The position numbers were made by a program, and so were the translations under genes. Below, one piece after another: positions 49,165-64,000 of a DNA stretch of 64,000 nucleotides. The DNA is from Eledone cirrhosa (lineage: Eukaryota). Numbering within the stretch: position 1 is the stretch's first letter; each line of letters begins with the position of its first letter. The notes beneath the pieces are model-generated. The model searched no databases, was not told where the DNA came from, and saw only the letters and a program-made list of their open reading frames with translations. Location: contig OZ024752.1 in assembly GCA_964016885.1 (NCBI GenBank), positions 9,052,001 through 9,116,000 on the forward strand. Direction: 5' to 3'.

Positions 49165-49250
49165 GTGACGCGCGTTTCGCTACTGATCAGCTCAACGTTC
49201 GATCTGTATCGATCTTACCTGACTCAATAATCGGCAGCTCGACGGACCCT
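49165..49250 (-). ncRNA. Degenerate hammerhead motif with long stem II
   Basis: Minus strand GGT-CCGTCGA-GCTGCCGATTA...TGATCAGTAGC-GAAACGCGCGTC-ACC; core differs from CTGANGA; inverted partial copy at ~49330-49402. Confidence 0.4.
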
Positions 49251-49399
49251 GCTATTTTCCTATAGCATTTTATATTAACATTCTTTGTATGATATTCTTG
49301 ATATATTTACTTTTAAGTAATACTCTCTATATCAGTGGTGAAACACGTGTCACCTACTAATAAATGTAATGAAGGAGTAACCAATCGTCCTTGTTATCC

Positions 49400-52132
<2,733 letters not shown>

Positions 52133-52135
<3 letters not shown>

Positions 52136-53693
52136 ATCATCATCATCATCATCAACGTTTAACGTCCGTGTTCCACGCTTGCATGGGTTTGGACGGGGGT
52201 AGTCCCACTTGAGGCAAGAGTGATTGTCTTGCTCGCATAGGACTGTCTGGCAGGTTTTCTACAGTTGGATGCCCTTCCTAACACCAACCACATTTACAGT
52301 GTGGGTCTGGGAGGTTTTTACCGTGTTGCCTACACGGCCACATTACAGCGTGGACTGTGTGTTTTTTTGTCGTGACACCTACACGATCTCATTTGTTTCG
52401 GCCTCGATGGCGCGGCACCAACATAACTTTACATAGAACGGGGTGGTGTGGATGGGGTGGGGGTGGTGGGACGGGGTGTATTTGTTAGAGATGCCTACTG
52501 GCTGGAGTAGGTTTTACTATATATTTAGGTAAGGCGGGTCTTCTCTGTTACTGAGTACCGCCAAAGGTCTCGGTCCAGTGACATTGTCTTGGAGAGGTGT
52601 AAGTGTGTGATGTCGGAGTTTATCAGCTCGTCCCAGGTTTTTCTAGGTCTGCCTATTCCGTGACTACCGTCTATCTTTATTGCCCTGCACTTTGTTATAC
52701 AGCTATCGACTTTCATGCGCATCACGTGTCCATACCAACGTAGCCTTCTCTCGAGTAAACAACATCTGATCCCTCTTATCTCTAATTTATTCCTTAGTTC
52801 GTTTATGCTTTGCCGTTCACGTATATTACTGTTACACATCCAGCGGAGCATGCAAGCTTCGTTCCTCTCTAGTCTGCGTATATCCTCTGCACACAATGCC
52901 CAGGTCTCACTGCCATGCAGCATTGCTGTTCGTATGCAGGCATCGTACAACCTGCCTTTCATTTTTAGTGAGAACCCTTTAGCAGCTAATAGTGGTATAA
53001 GCTCTCTGAACTTTTTCCAACCAGTTCTGACTCTAGCTACAGTACTTTCAGAGCACCCTCCCCCACTGCTGATTTTATCGCCCAGGTAACGGAAGCTGTC
53101 CACTATTTCTATAGAACCCTCTGCGCAATTGAAAGAGCTAGTAGTTTGTGGGCACTTGCTGCTACTTATTGCACCAGAGCACCGGCCACATGTAAAATCT
53201 ATGTTCTTAGTTAGCCTACCTGTGATCCCACTACATCTTTTATGCACCCATACTTTGCATTTAGGACATAAAATGGAGTTTCTACCTACGCCTTTCCTAC
53301 ACACCGAGCACGACCATTTCCCAGAAGGGACCGCCGCCTTGTTTTCTTTCCTACAAACTAGTACTTTGGTCTTAGCCAGGTTAATTTTAAGTCCTTTTGA
53401 CTCTAGGCCGTGCTTCCATGTTTGGAATTTCTTCTCTAGCTCGGCCATTGATTCCGCTATGAGTGTCAGGTCGTCTGCGTATAGGAGTTCCCATGGGCAG
53501 CCTGTCTTGAACTCCTCTGTTATGGCCTGAAGGGCAATAATAAATAGTAGTGGACTGAGAACAGAGCCCTGATGGACGCCGACTTTTACGCTAAACTCTT
53601 CACTATATTCGTTGTTAATTCTAACCTTGCTGACTGTTTCTTTATACATGGCTTGTATAGCCCTCACAAGCCATTCGTCAACGCCTAGTTTTC
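52133..53693 (-). mobile_element. RTE-clade LINE, 5'-truncated
   Basis: [14 protein letters not shown], Cys-rich [32 protein letters not shown]; (GAT)n tail. Confidence 0.92.
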
Positions 53694-53766
53694 TATATAT
53701 ATACACATATATATATATATACATATACACATATATATATATACACATATACACATATATATATAT

Positions 53767-53807
<41 letters not shown>

Positions 53808-54150
53808 CACATATATATATATACACATATATATATATACATATATATATAGTCCACGCTGTAATGTGGCCGTGTAGGCAACACGGTAAAAACCTCCCAG
53901 CCCCACACTGTAAATGTGGTTGGTGTTAGGAAGGGCATCCAACTGTAGAAAACCCGCCAGACAACCACTCTTGCCTCAAGTGGGAAAACCCCCGTCCAAA
54001 CCCATGCAAGCGTGGAACACGGACGCTAAACCTGATGATGATGATGATGATGACATATATATATATATATATGTATATATATGTATATATATACATATAT
54101 ATACATATATATACATATATATATATAAATATATATACATATATATATAC

Positions 54151-54233
<83 letters not shown>

Positions 54234-54305
54234 TATATATATATATACATACACATATATACAGATATATATATATATATATATATATATCTGTATATAT
54301 ATATA

Positions 54306-54340
<35 letters not shown>

Positions 54341-54451
54341 GTATATATATATATGTGTATATATATATGTGTGTATATATATATATATGTGTGTATATAT
54401 ATGTGTGTATATATATATATATGTGTATATATATATATATATGTATATATG

Positions 54452-54538
<87 letters not shown>

Positions 54539-54605
54539 GTATATATATATATGTGTATATATATGTATATATATATATGTATATATATATATGTGTATAT
54601 ATATG

Positions 54606-54700
<95 letters not shown>

Positions 54701-54730
54701 GTGTATATATATATACATATATATATATAC
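53693..54730. repeat. TA microsatellite containing an RTE 3'UTR fragment (53850-54052, plus strand)
   Basis: Insert matches 57127-57347 and ends in (gat)n. Confidence 0.9.
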
Positions 54731-57347
54731 AGACGAAGTCTGTGGCTGGAGCAGGCCTGTAGGCAGGAGGAGAGTAACATGGTGGTGGAACAGTAAGGTG
54801 GAGGGGTCAATTAAGGCCAAAAAGCAGGCTTGGAAAATATGGCGGGATGGGGGAAGTAGAGTAGACTATCAAGTGGCCAGGAGGGAAGCTAGGAGAGAAG
54901 TGTACTTAGCAAGAAGGGAAGCTGAGGAAAGAAAGTTCAAGCATGTTCTACAACGCGATGACCAAAAACGTGAGGTGTTCAGGATTGCTAGGCAATGCGT
55001 CAAGGAAAACCGTGATATTGTCGGGGAGAAGTGTGTACTTAACGATGATGGCATACTTGCCATCACCGACACTGATAAGAAGGTAGCTTGGAAGTGTCAC
55101 TATGAAAGGCTACTAAATGAGGAGAATAAATGGGAGAAAGACAGTCTCCCCCATATCGACCCAATAGCGGGACCAGCAGTGTTAGTCGAGGGGAGTATAA
55201 TAAGTAAGGCAATCAAGGATATGAAGACGGGTAAGGCGGCTGGGCCTTCGGAAATAGTTGCTGAGATGCTGAAGGCATCTGGCACGGTGGGACACACCAT
55301 GGTCACCCGCATAGTTAACCAAGTCGTACAGAATGGGGTTGTTCCGAAGGACTGGCATAGCAGCATCATCGTTAACTGTTATAAGGGTAAAGGAGACGCC
55401 CTAGATAGGAGTAACTATAGAGGCATTAAATTAATCGACCAGGTCATGAAGGTCACGGAAAAAGTAATAGCACAACTAATCAGAGAGAGAATTGATCTAG
55501 ATGAAATGCAGTTCGGGTTTGTGTCAGGCAAAAGTACCACAGACGCTCTTTTCATTGTACGACAACTACAGGAGAAGTACCTAGCTAAAAGTAAACCCCT
55601 ATACTTAGCCTTTGTCGACTTGGAGAAAGCCTTCGACAGAGTCCCCCGTTCCATTATCTGGTGGGCTCTTAGAAAACTAGGTGTTGACGAATGGCTTGTG
55701 AGAGCTATACAAGCCATGTATAAAGAAACAGTCAGCAAGGTTAGAATTAACAACGAATATAGTGAAGAGTTTAGCGTAAAAGTTGGTGTCCATCAGGGCT
55801 CTGTTCTTAGCCCCCTACTATTCATTATTGCTCTTCAGGCTATAACAGAGGAGTTCAAGACCGGCTGCCCATGGGAACTCCTATACGCAGATGACCTAAC
55901 GCTCATAGCTGAATCAATGGCCGAGCTAGAGAAGAAATTCCAAACATGGAAGCACGGCCTAGAATCAAAAGGCCTTAAAATTAACATGGCTAAGACTAAA
56001 GTTCTAGTTTGTAGGAAAGAAAATAAGGCGCCGGTCCCTTCCGGGAAATGGCCATGCTCAGTGTGTAGGAAAGGCGTAGGTAGAAACTCCATTTTATGTC
56101 CCAAATGCAAAGTATGGGTGCATAAAAGATGTAGTGGGATCACAGGTAAGCTAACTAAGAACACAGATTTTACATGTGGCTGGTGCTCTGGTGCAATAAG
56201 TAGCAGCAAGTGCCCACAAAATACTAGCTCTTTCAACTGCGCAGAGGGTTCTATAGAAATAGTGGACAGCTTCTGTTACCTGGGTGACAAAATCAGCAGT
56301 GGGGGAGGGTGCTCCGAAAGTACAGTAGCTAGAGTCAGAACTGGTTGGAAAAAGTTCAGAGAGCTTATACCACTATTAGCTGCTAAAGGGTTCTCCCTAA
56401 AAGTGAAAGGCAGGTTGTATGATGCCTGCATACGAACAGCAATGTTGCATGGCAGTGAGACCTGGGCATTGTGTGCAGAGGATATACGCAGACTAGAGAG
56501 GAACGAAGCTTGCATGCTCCGCTGGATGTGTAATAGTAATATACGCGAACGGCAAAGCATAAACGAACTAAGGAAAAAATTAGAAATAAGAGGGATCAGA
56601 TGTTGTTTACTCGAGAGAAGGCTACGTTGGTATGGTCACGTGATGCGCATGAAAGACGACAGCTGTATAACAAAGTGCCGGGCAATAAAGATAGATGGTA
56701 GCCACGGAGTAGGCAGACCCAGAAAAACCTGGGACGACCTGATAAATTCCGACCTCACACACTTACACCTCTCCAAGACAATGTCACTGGACCGAGACCT
56801 TTGGCGGTACTCAGTAACAGAGAAGACCCGCGTTACCTAAATACAAAGTAAAATCTACTACAGTCAGTAGGCATCTCTAACAAAATACACCCCCGTCCCA
56901 CCACCCCCACCCCATCCACACCACCCCTTTCAATGTAAAGTTATGTTGGTGCCACAAAATCCAGGCCGAAACAAATGAGATCGTGTAGGTGTCACGAAAA
57001 AAAAAAACACACAGTCCACGCTGTAATGTGACCGTGTAGGCAACACGGTAAAAACGTCCCACTCCCACACTGTAAATGTGGTTGGTGTTAGGAACGGCAT
57101 CCAGCTGTAGAAAACCTGCCAGACAGTCCACGCTGTAATGTGGCCGTGTAGGCAACACGGTAAAAACCTCCCAGCCCCACACTGTAAATGTGGTTGGTGT
57201 TAGGAAGGGCTTCTAACTGTAGAAAACCCGCCAGACAGTCCTATGCGAGCAAGACAACCACTCTTGCCTCAAGTGGGAAAACTCCCGTCCAAACCCATGC
57301 AAGCATGGAACACGGACGTTAAACGATGATGATGATGATGATGATGA
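54730..57347 (+). mobile_element. RTE-clade LINE, 5'-truncated, RT frame open to the stop at 56840
   Basis: [35 protein letters not shown]; 3'UTR with internal duplication and (gat)n tail. Confidence 0.93.
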
Positions 57348-57614
57348 TACATATATATATATATACATATGTATATATAAATACATATTTATATATATAT
57401 ATATCATCATCATCATCATCATTTCATTTTACGTCCGCTTTTCCCTGCTTGCAAGGGTGGGACGGGAACTGATTCTGGCTTGATTTCTACAGCTGGATGC
57501 CCTTCCTAACACCAACCTCATTTACAGTGAGTGCTAGGTGCTTTTTTGCCGTGGCACCTCCACGACCACTTTGCAGTGGAATGATAGGGACCCCAGTCCC
57601 TATCATCTCATTTC

Positions 57615-57850
<236 letters not shown>

Positions 57851-58235
57851 AATTCAAAATATTAATAAATATATATACATATATATATATCATATATATG
57901 TATATATGTGTGTGTGTGTATATACAAGTATATATGTGTGTGTATATACATATATACAACAGCCTTGTTTCAGGGGCGTACCAAAAAACAAGCCCCACAC
58001 ACCACACTTTTTCTAACAACTATGTTATATTTTTGTTTATTTTGATATAATAGATTTTTTTTTTAAGCTTATTTTTTTATATCTGAACTTCCTTTGAATA
58101 TACAAAATTTAATCAGTGTAAAATTTTACTTATGTGATGGGGTCTGGGGAAAGCACCATCAGCAGTTATACCAACATGTTCCTTTAAGAATCAACAAATG
58201 TTGGTTTGTCCCCCTCACATTTTTAAGGCCTCTGC

Positions 58236-58305
<70 letters not shown>

Positions 58306-58820
58306 AGATAAGCAGAACAAGTAAAATTCAACCAATTTTTCAAAATAAATCAAAATTAATATACAATTAAAATTAATCAAAATTAAAAAATATAATATAA
58401 ATATAAATATTTACCTATTCAAATGGCCCTAACTGTACAGTTTCACGGTGCAAAACATTAGATATCACGAGGATATTAATGGAAAAGCAACGATCATCAG
58501 AGAAGCATTTTCCTGTCCTAGGGTTAAAAACCCCAGGAACGACAAAATATATGACCTCACTCCAACTAATACAGGTCTGAAAGGTCGTGAAAGTGACCCG
58601 TAAATACATTGGTGTATAGTGAAGGCGGGAAATCGTAGACTAGCCGTCTATGATCGCTACTAAAAAAGATTTTTATATATATATATATATATATGCATGT
58701 ATGCCTTAAAGTTAGCATTGCTTGTATCTGTACAAATCGCAACTTAGCATACATATAACATTTGAAAGCAACGGTGGCATCATTTATGTACTGAAGACAT
58801 TAACCATCATATATATATAT

Positions 58821-59023
58821 ATACGATATATTAACAAATGGAAACTATATTTATAAAATAGTCGCATTCTTTAAGGGTATGTCAATATTTATTTATAAAA
58901 CTGATCTATATTATATTTTATCTGACGAAAGCACACCATAATTTAACTTTGTGTCCTTGAAATATGTATAATGAAATAAATATGGTTTTATAAATATAGT
59001 TTCCATTTGTTAATATATCGTAT
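58821..59023. repeat. 38-bp perfect inverted repeat (MITE-like)
   Basis: atacgatatattaacaaatggaaactatatttataaaa at 58821-58858 and its reverse complement at 58986-59023. Confidence 0.75.
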
Positions 59024-59104
59024 TTTTACTCCAATAATTTGTTGAGTGCTTTATATCAGTTATAAAAATATTTGCTTGTTGTATCCCAACAATTTAAATA
59101 GAAC

Positions 59105-59145
<41 letters not shown>

Positions 59146-60901
59146 GAGAGAAAGTAATTCAAGTAATGTGCTGACTGAAAAAAGATTAATGTGGAATTAT
59201 AGTTGAATTACAGTTTCACCAGTTCTGGTGGTGGAAGGGAAGAGGTGCTATGTAGGCTATGGCTGTAAAAAAATTCTTAACTTTTATAACGTACCACACA
59301 TGCAAACATATATATATTATTGGGTCCCATGATCAATGAAGACTTCCATAACACTGTCATCATCAATATAACAGATTTTCGTGGTTACAACTACTATTGT
59401 CTTTTCTCCCCTTCTTCAAACTAGATTGCTATTTATTACTATTATTTTATTTCTGCAATAAAGTTTTTAAAATATAATAACAAAAAAAAAAAAATGATAA
59501 AACATATCTTCTATCTATTTTTACCTTATTTGGAAAGGAATAATTAAATCAAAGATTCAAAAGAAAGTAGTGTCTGTGATGAAACTTTTTAAGGGTTTAT
59601 AGCAATTTTCTTGTAAGCTTTTATTGATATATACAGAAATGAAATTTTTGTACCGCCAGCTAGTTTGAAGTAGCTACGTTATGTTACGAAACAAAACAAA
59701 ACTTTTGCTATAAAGTAGATCAATATATGCTGTTTTGAAGCATATTTCCCTTCCATCTGTTTTTTATGCAGTGAAAGGGGGAATAAATGATGGGAAAATA
59801 TTATTTAAAAACAAAAAAGAAACCAAAAAAAATATATATATATATCAAACAAACTTTATATTTGGAACCAATTAAAACAATATAATAGCGCAACCAAGGA
59901 AAGAAATAAGCGTGTTTTAGAGAAGACAACTGCAAGTTGCTTCAAGGGAGATAACTTCAAACTGATTTAATAGCTGTTACTTCTAACATCAAACGATTGG
60001 TAAAAAGTTGGAAAAAGAAAAAATAATCAATGTTTTTAATCTAGTACATTGAAAATATCAAATTGAACATTTTTAAAGCCAATTTAACAAAATTATATAT
60101 TCACAATGCTAAATATTTAAGGATAATAGTATAAAATTAAAAAAAAAACATTTTCAAAATTTGTTTGAAAAGAAAAAAAAATATTCAAATCATTCATTCT
60201 TGGAAAGAAAAAAACCTTTTGCTCTTTCTCTCTGTTTGCCTCTCTCCACTTGAAAAAACAAAATATTTGCATACAAAAGACGAATTCCAACCTTTTAATG
60301 ATGCAAATATATATAAAATTGAACATAAAATTTACATACAACCATATACACATGCCCACCACAGTTTAGTAAAAAAAGCAAAGCTACCTACCTACCTACA
60401 TACATGCATGTATGGACAGTGATGTAGAAGAAATACACAAGATTTGAGTGTCTTACAAATGGTCATTCATATCTAAATACAAAGAATCAATACATTCATA
60501 TCAGAACATCCAATGACATTGTAGAAAAGCTTTTATACAATTTAAAAAAGCATAAATAAATGAAAATGTATCCAAAAGTTTTGTCTTCGTTTCTGTTCAT
60601 TTTGTATCATATATGTTTATTTATCAACTTCTTATATTACAGTGATTATTCAGAGAGTCAAATATTTTCATCAAATTGTATAGGTATCATTTCATTCTAA
60701 CAAAACGTATTATTTCAAGTAATTCATATAATAATTGTTTCTACTTTTGGCACAAGGCCAGCAGTTATCCCAGTGTATTACTGGTATTTATTTTATCGAC
60801 TCCGTAAGGATGAAAGGCAAAGTTAACCTCAGTGGGATTTGAACTCAGATAATAATAATAGTTTCTTATATAGGCACAAGGCCAGCAATTTTGTGGGAGG
60901 T

Positions 60902-62090
60902 GTCATGACACCTACACGACCACTTTACAGTGTGGGCTGGGTGCTTTTTGTCCTGACACCTACACGACCACTTTACAGTGTGGGCTGGGTGCTTTTTGTC
61001 CTGACACCTACACGACCACTTTACAGTGTGGGCTGGGTGCTTTTTGTCCTGACACCTACACGACCACTTTACAGTGTGGGCTGGGTGCTTTTTGTCCTGA
61101 CACCTACACGACCACTTTACAGTGTGGGCTGGGTGCTTTTTGTCCTGACACCTACACGACCACTTTACAGTGTGGGCTGGGTGCTTTTTGTCCTGACACC
61201 TACACGACCACTTTACAGTGTGGGCTGGGTGCTTTTTGTCGTGACACCTACACCACCACTTTACAGTGTGGGCTGGGTGCTTTTTGTCCTGACTCCTACA
61301 CGACCACTTTACAGTGTGGGCTGGGTGCTTTTTGTCATGACACCTACACGACCACTTTACAGTGTGGGCTGGGTGCTTTTTGTCATGACACCTACACGAC
61401 CACTTTACAGTGTGTGTTGGGTGCTTTTTGTCCTGACACCTACACGACCACTTTACAGTGGGAGTCGGGTGCTTTTTGTCATGACACCTACATGACCACT
61501 TTACAGTGTGCGCTGGGTGCTTTTTGTCCTGACACCTACACGACCATTTTACAGTGTGTGCTGGGTGCTTTTTGTCCTGACACCTACACGACCACTTTAC
61601 AGTGTTGGCTGGGTGCTTTTTGTCATGACACCTACACGACCACTTTACAGTGTGGGCTGGGTGCTTTTTGTCCTGACACCTACACGACCACTTTACAGTG
61701 TGCGCTGGGTGCTTTTTGTCATGACACCTACACAACCACTTTACAGTGTGCGCAGGGTGCTTTTTGTCCTGACACCTACACGACCACTTTACAGTGTGCG
61801 CTGGGTGCTTTTTGTTGTGACACCTACATGGCCACTTTACAGTGTGGGCTGGGTGCTTTTTGTCCTGACACCTACACTACCACTTTACAGTGTGCGCTGG
61901 GTGCTTTTTGTTGTGACACCTACATGGCCACTTTACAGTGTGGGCTGGGTGCTTTTTGTCCTGACTCCTACATGACCACTTTACAGTGGGAGTTGGGTAC
62001 TTGTTGCTGTGTCTCCTACTCGACCACTTTACAGTGTGTGCTGGGTACTTTTTGCTGCGTCTCCTGCACGACCACTTTACAGTGTGGACT
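60902..62090. repeat. 48-bp minisatellite, ~25 copies
   Basis: Unit gacacctacacgaccactttacagtgtgggctgggtgctttttgtcct; degrades toward the right end. Confidence 0.95.
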
Positions 62091-63467
62091 GGTATTAGAA
62101 ATTTATATCCCACATGAAGTATAAAATGACTAGTAAGTTGTAGGGTAAGGTGTACGCAATGTATATTTCAAATATAAAATATAATAAATATGATAAAAAT
62201 TAAAATCAAATACAACAAAATAGAATAAAATAAAATAAAAATCATGTAATGTAGGTTATAAAATGTAATATCCAGCATCCAATATAAATACCTGATAAAA
62301 CTAATATATAAAGGTAAAAATTCAGCACAAGATATATAAAGTTGAATTGAATCAGAAAGGATCATGCAAGTGCATCAAACAATTTAGAGAGCCCGTCAAA
62401 TATTTTGTTGATCCATATGGGTGGATGTAGCCATATATAGTCATGTCCAGACTTTGAGATAGACTTAGTTTTAGTAAGTTACCTTGGCCTGGAGTGGTAG
62501 TTCCTCCAATATTGCGGTCAGGGCATTTGGTTCCGCATTACATCACAAAGCACTCGACTGCAACAGGAGCTGTATTCCATTTGTGTTGTATAGTTTACCA
62601 ATTGGTCAAATAGGTCATTCTGGTTAGTAAACCATGAAGAAAAGCACTCTACGTTATGTAACTCATCTATCATAGATGTTAAATGCCATGGCTGGTTCAG
62701 GAACAGTAAAATATTTATTTAAAACAACAGAAGGCCGGACTTGAAATATCCTTTTAAAATTTTAATGTTGCAAAAAGCACTATACATATTTCAATGGTCA
62801 CATTACATCATCCGATCATGATGTAAGACCTTAGTGACATCGTCAGGAATAGGAACATGACATACATAGGTGAGCCTGGAGCATAGAAGAAATGAGAAAT
62901 GAACACTGGTGTGAACTTCAAGATGAGAAAAACTCATCAGTACTCCACCAACATGCCAGAATACAAGATGGGGCTCACTAGAGAACATCGAGATAAAACT
63001 AATATCCACGCACAGAACAAACACAATGCTCAAACAGATTATGGGAGTGACAAACATGAACGAACTCTGACCAAAACTAAATTAAAAACATGAATGGAAT
63101 AGCAACAACCTCACAATTGAGTAACTAATGATAATATAAAAACATACAGAGGCACACCAAAACTAAACCAACATAAACCAGACACCCACAAATAGAACAA
63201 GTAACTAACTAGTAAGAAGTAGGACAGAGAGAAAATAAATAAATAGATAAACATATAAATAAACAAATAAATATATTTTTAAAACTATTAAAAAAACACT
63301 CACTCACACACAAACCAGGATATAATGCATGCACAGCCCAAGTACACAGCTCTCAAAAACAAGATGGTGTAAGACAGATCAAAGGAGAGATGCAAAATAA
63401 CAAAAGCAGTTACAGAATGTGTGACAAAAGAGCTTTCAAGACAATCAACAACTAAACAGTGTTGGGC

Positions 63468-64000
63468 AAGTAGATTTTATTGTGATACCATCACTAATAC
63501 TTTCCAGTAGATTTTATTGTGACACACACCATCATTAATACTTTACAGTAGATTTTATTGTGACACCATCACTAATACTTTCCAGTAGATTTTATTGTGA
63601 CACACACCATCATTAATACTTTACAGTAGATTTTATTGTGACACCATCACTAATACTTTCCAGTAGATTTTATTGTGACACCATCATTAATACTTTCCAC
63701 TAGATTTTATTGTGGCACCATCACTACCACTTTACAGTAGATTTTATTGTGACACCATCACTAGCACTTTACAGTAGATTTTATTGTGACACCATTACTA
63801 CCACTTTACAGTAGATTTTATTGTGACACCATCACTAATACTTTCCAGTAGATTTTATTGTGACACCATCATTAATACTTTCCACTAGATTTTATTGTGA
63901 CACCATCACTACCACTTTACAGTAGATTTTATTGTGACACCATCACTAGCACTTTACAGTAGATTTTATTGTGATACCAGCACTACCACTTTACAGTAGA
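63468..64000. repeat. ~37-41-bp minisatellite running off the window end
   Basis: Unit ~agtagattttattgtgacaccatcactaatactttcc. Confidence 0.93.

Noticed and set aside
60839-62124. Repetitive ORFs (TPTRPLYSVGWVLFVL)n and (HTVKWSCRC)n
   Set aside because: Open in several frames on both strands because the 48-bp unit lacks stops; non-coding minisatellite.
62350-62810. Possible decayed RT fragment (LSKLFD-like) on the minus strand
   Set aside because: Multiple stops and only one weak motif; cannot be supported without a search.

Overview
AT-rich animal genomic DNA, probably cephalopod/Octopus (inferred from recurrent SINE-like repeats, long (TA)n tracts and RTE LINEs). No host protein-coding gene is recognisable. 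From ~2.4 to ~46 kb the window is a dense patchwork of mobile-element and viral pieces, and every coding piece I can orient there lies on the minus strand (CR1, two Helentron-type Helitrons, Penelope, Chapaev3, L1/Tx1-like LINE, hAT, Tigger, a canonical Helitron, parvoviruses), which is the pattern of a uni-strand piRNA cluster. The centre (20-36.7 kb) holds three near-complete and two partial endogenous parvovirus-like genomes from two lineages. The best find is their gene layout. The PLA2-bearing capsid gene lies upstream of the NS1 body and appears to sit entirely inside an intron of NS1: a conserved 18-codon leader exon has a splice donor 10 nt before the VP ATG, and an in-phase acceptor follows the VP stop. 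The second find is that these genomes were inserted repeatedly into one ~40-bp spot of a single LINE ORF1, each time with target duplication, and that LINE sits inside a Helitron helicase. A separate Helitron encodes a Rep-Pif1-USP (C19 deubiquitinase) fusion. The right part holds Penelope remnants with hammerhead-like motifs, TA microsatellites, an inverted pair of RTE LINEs and RTE-related minisatellites. All calls come from reading the sequence; no searches were run.
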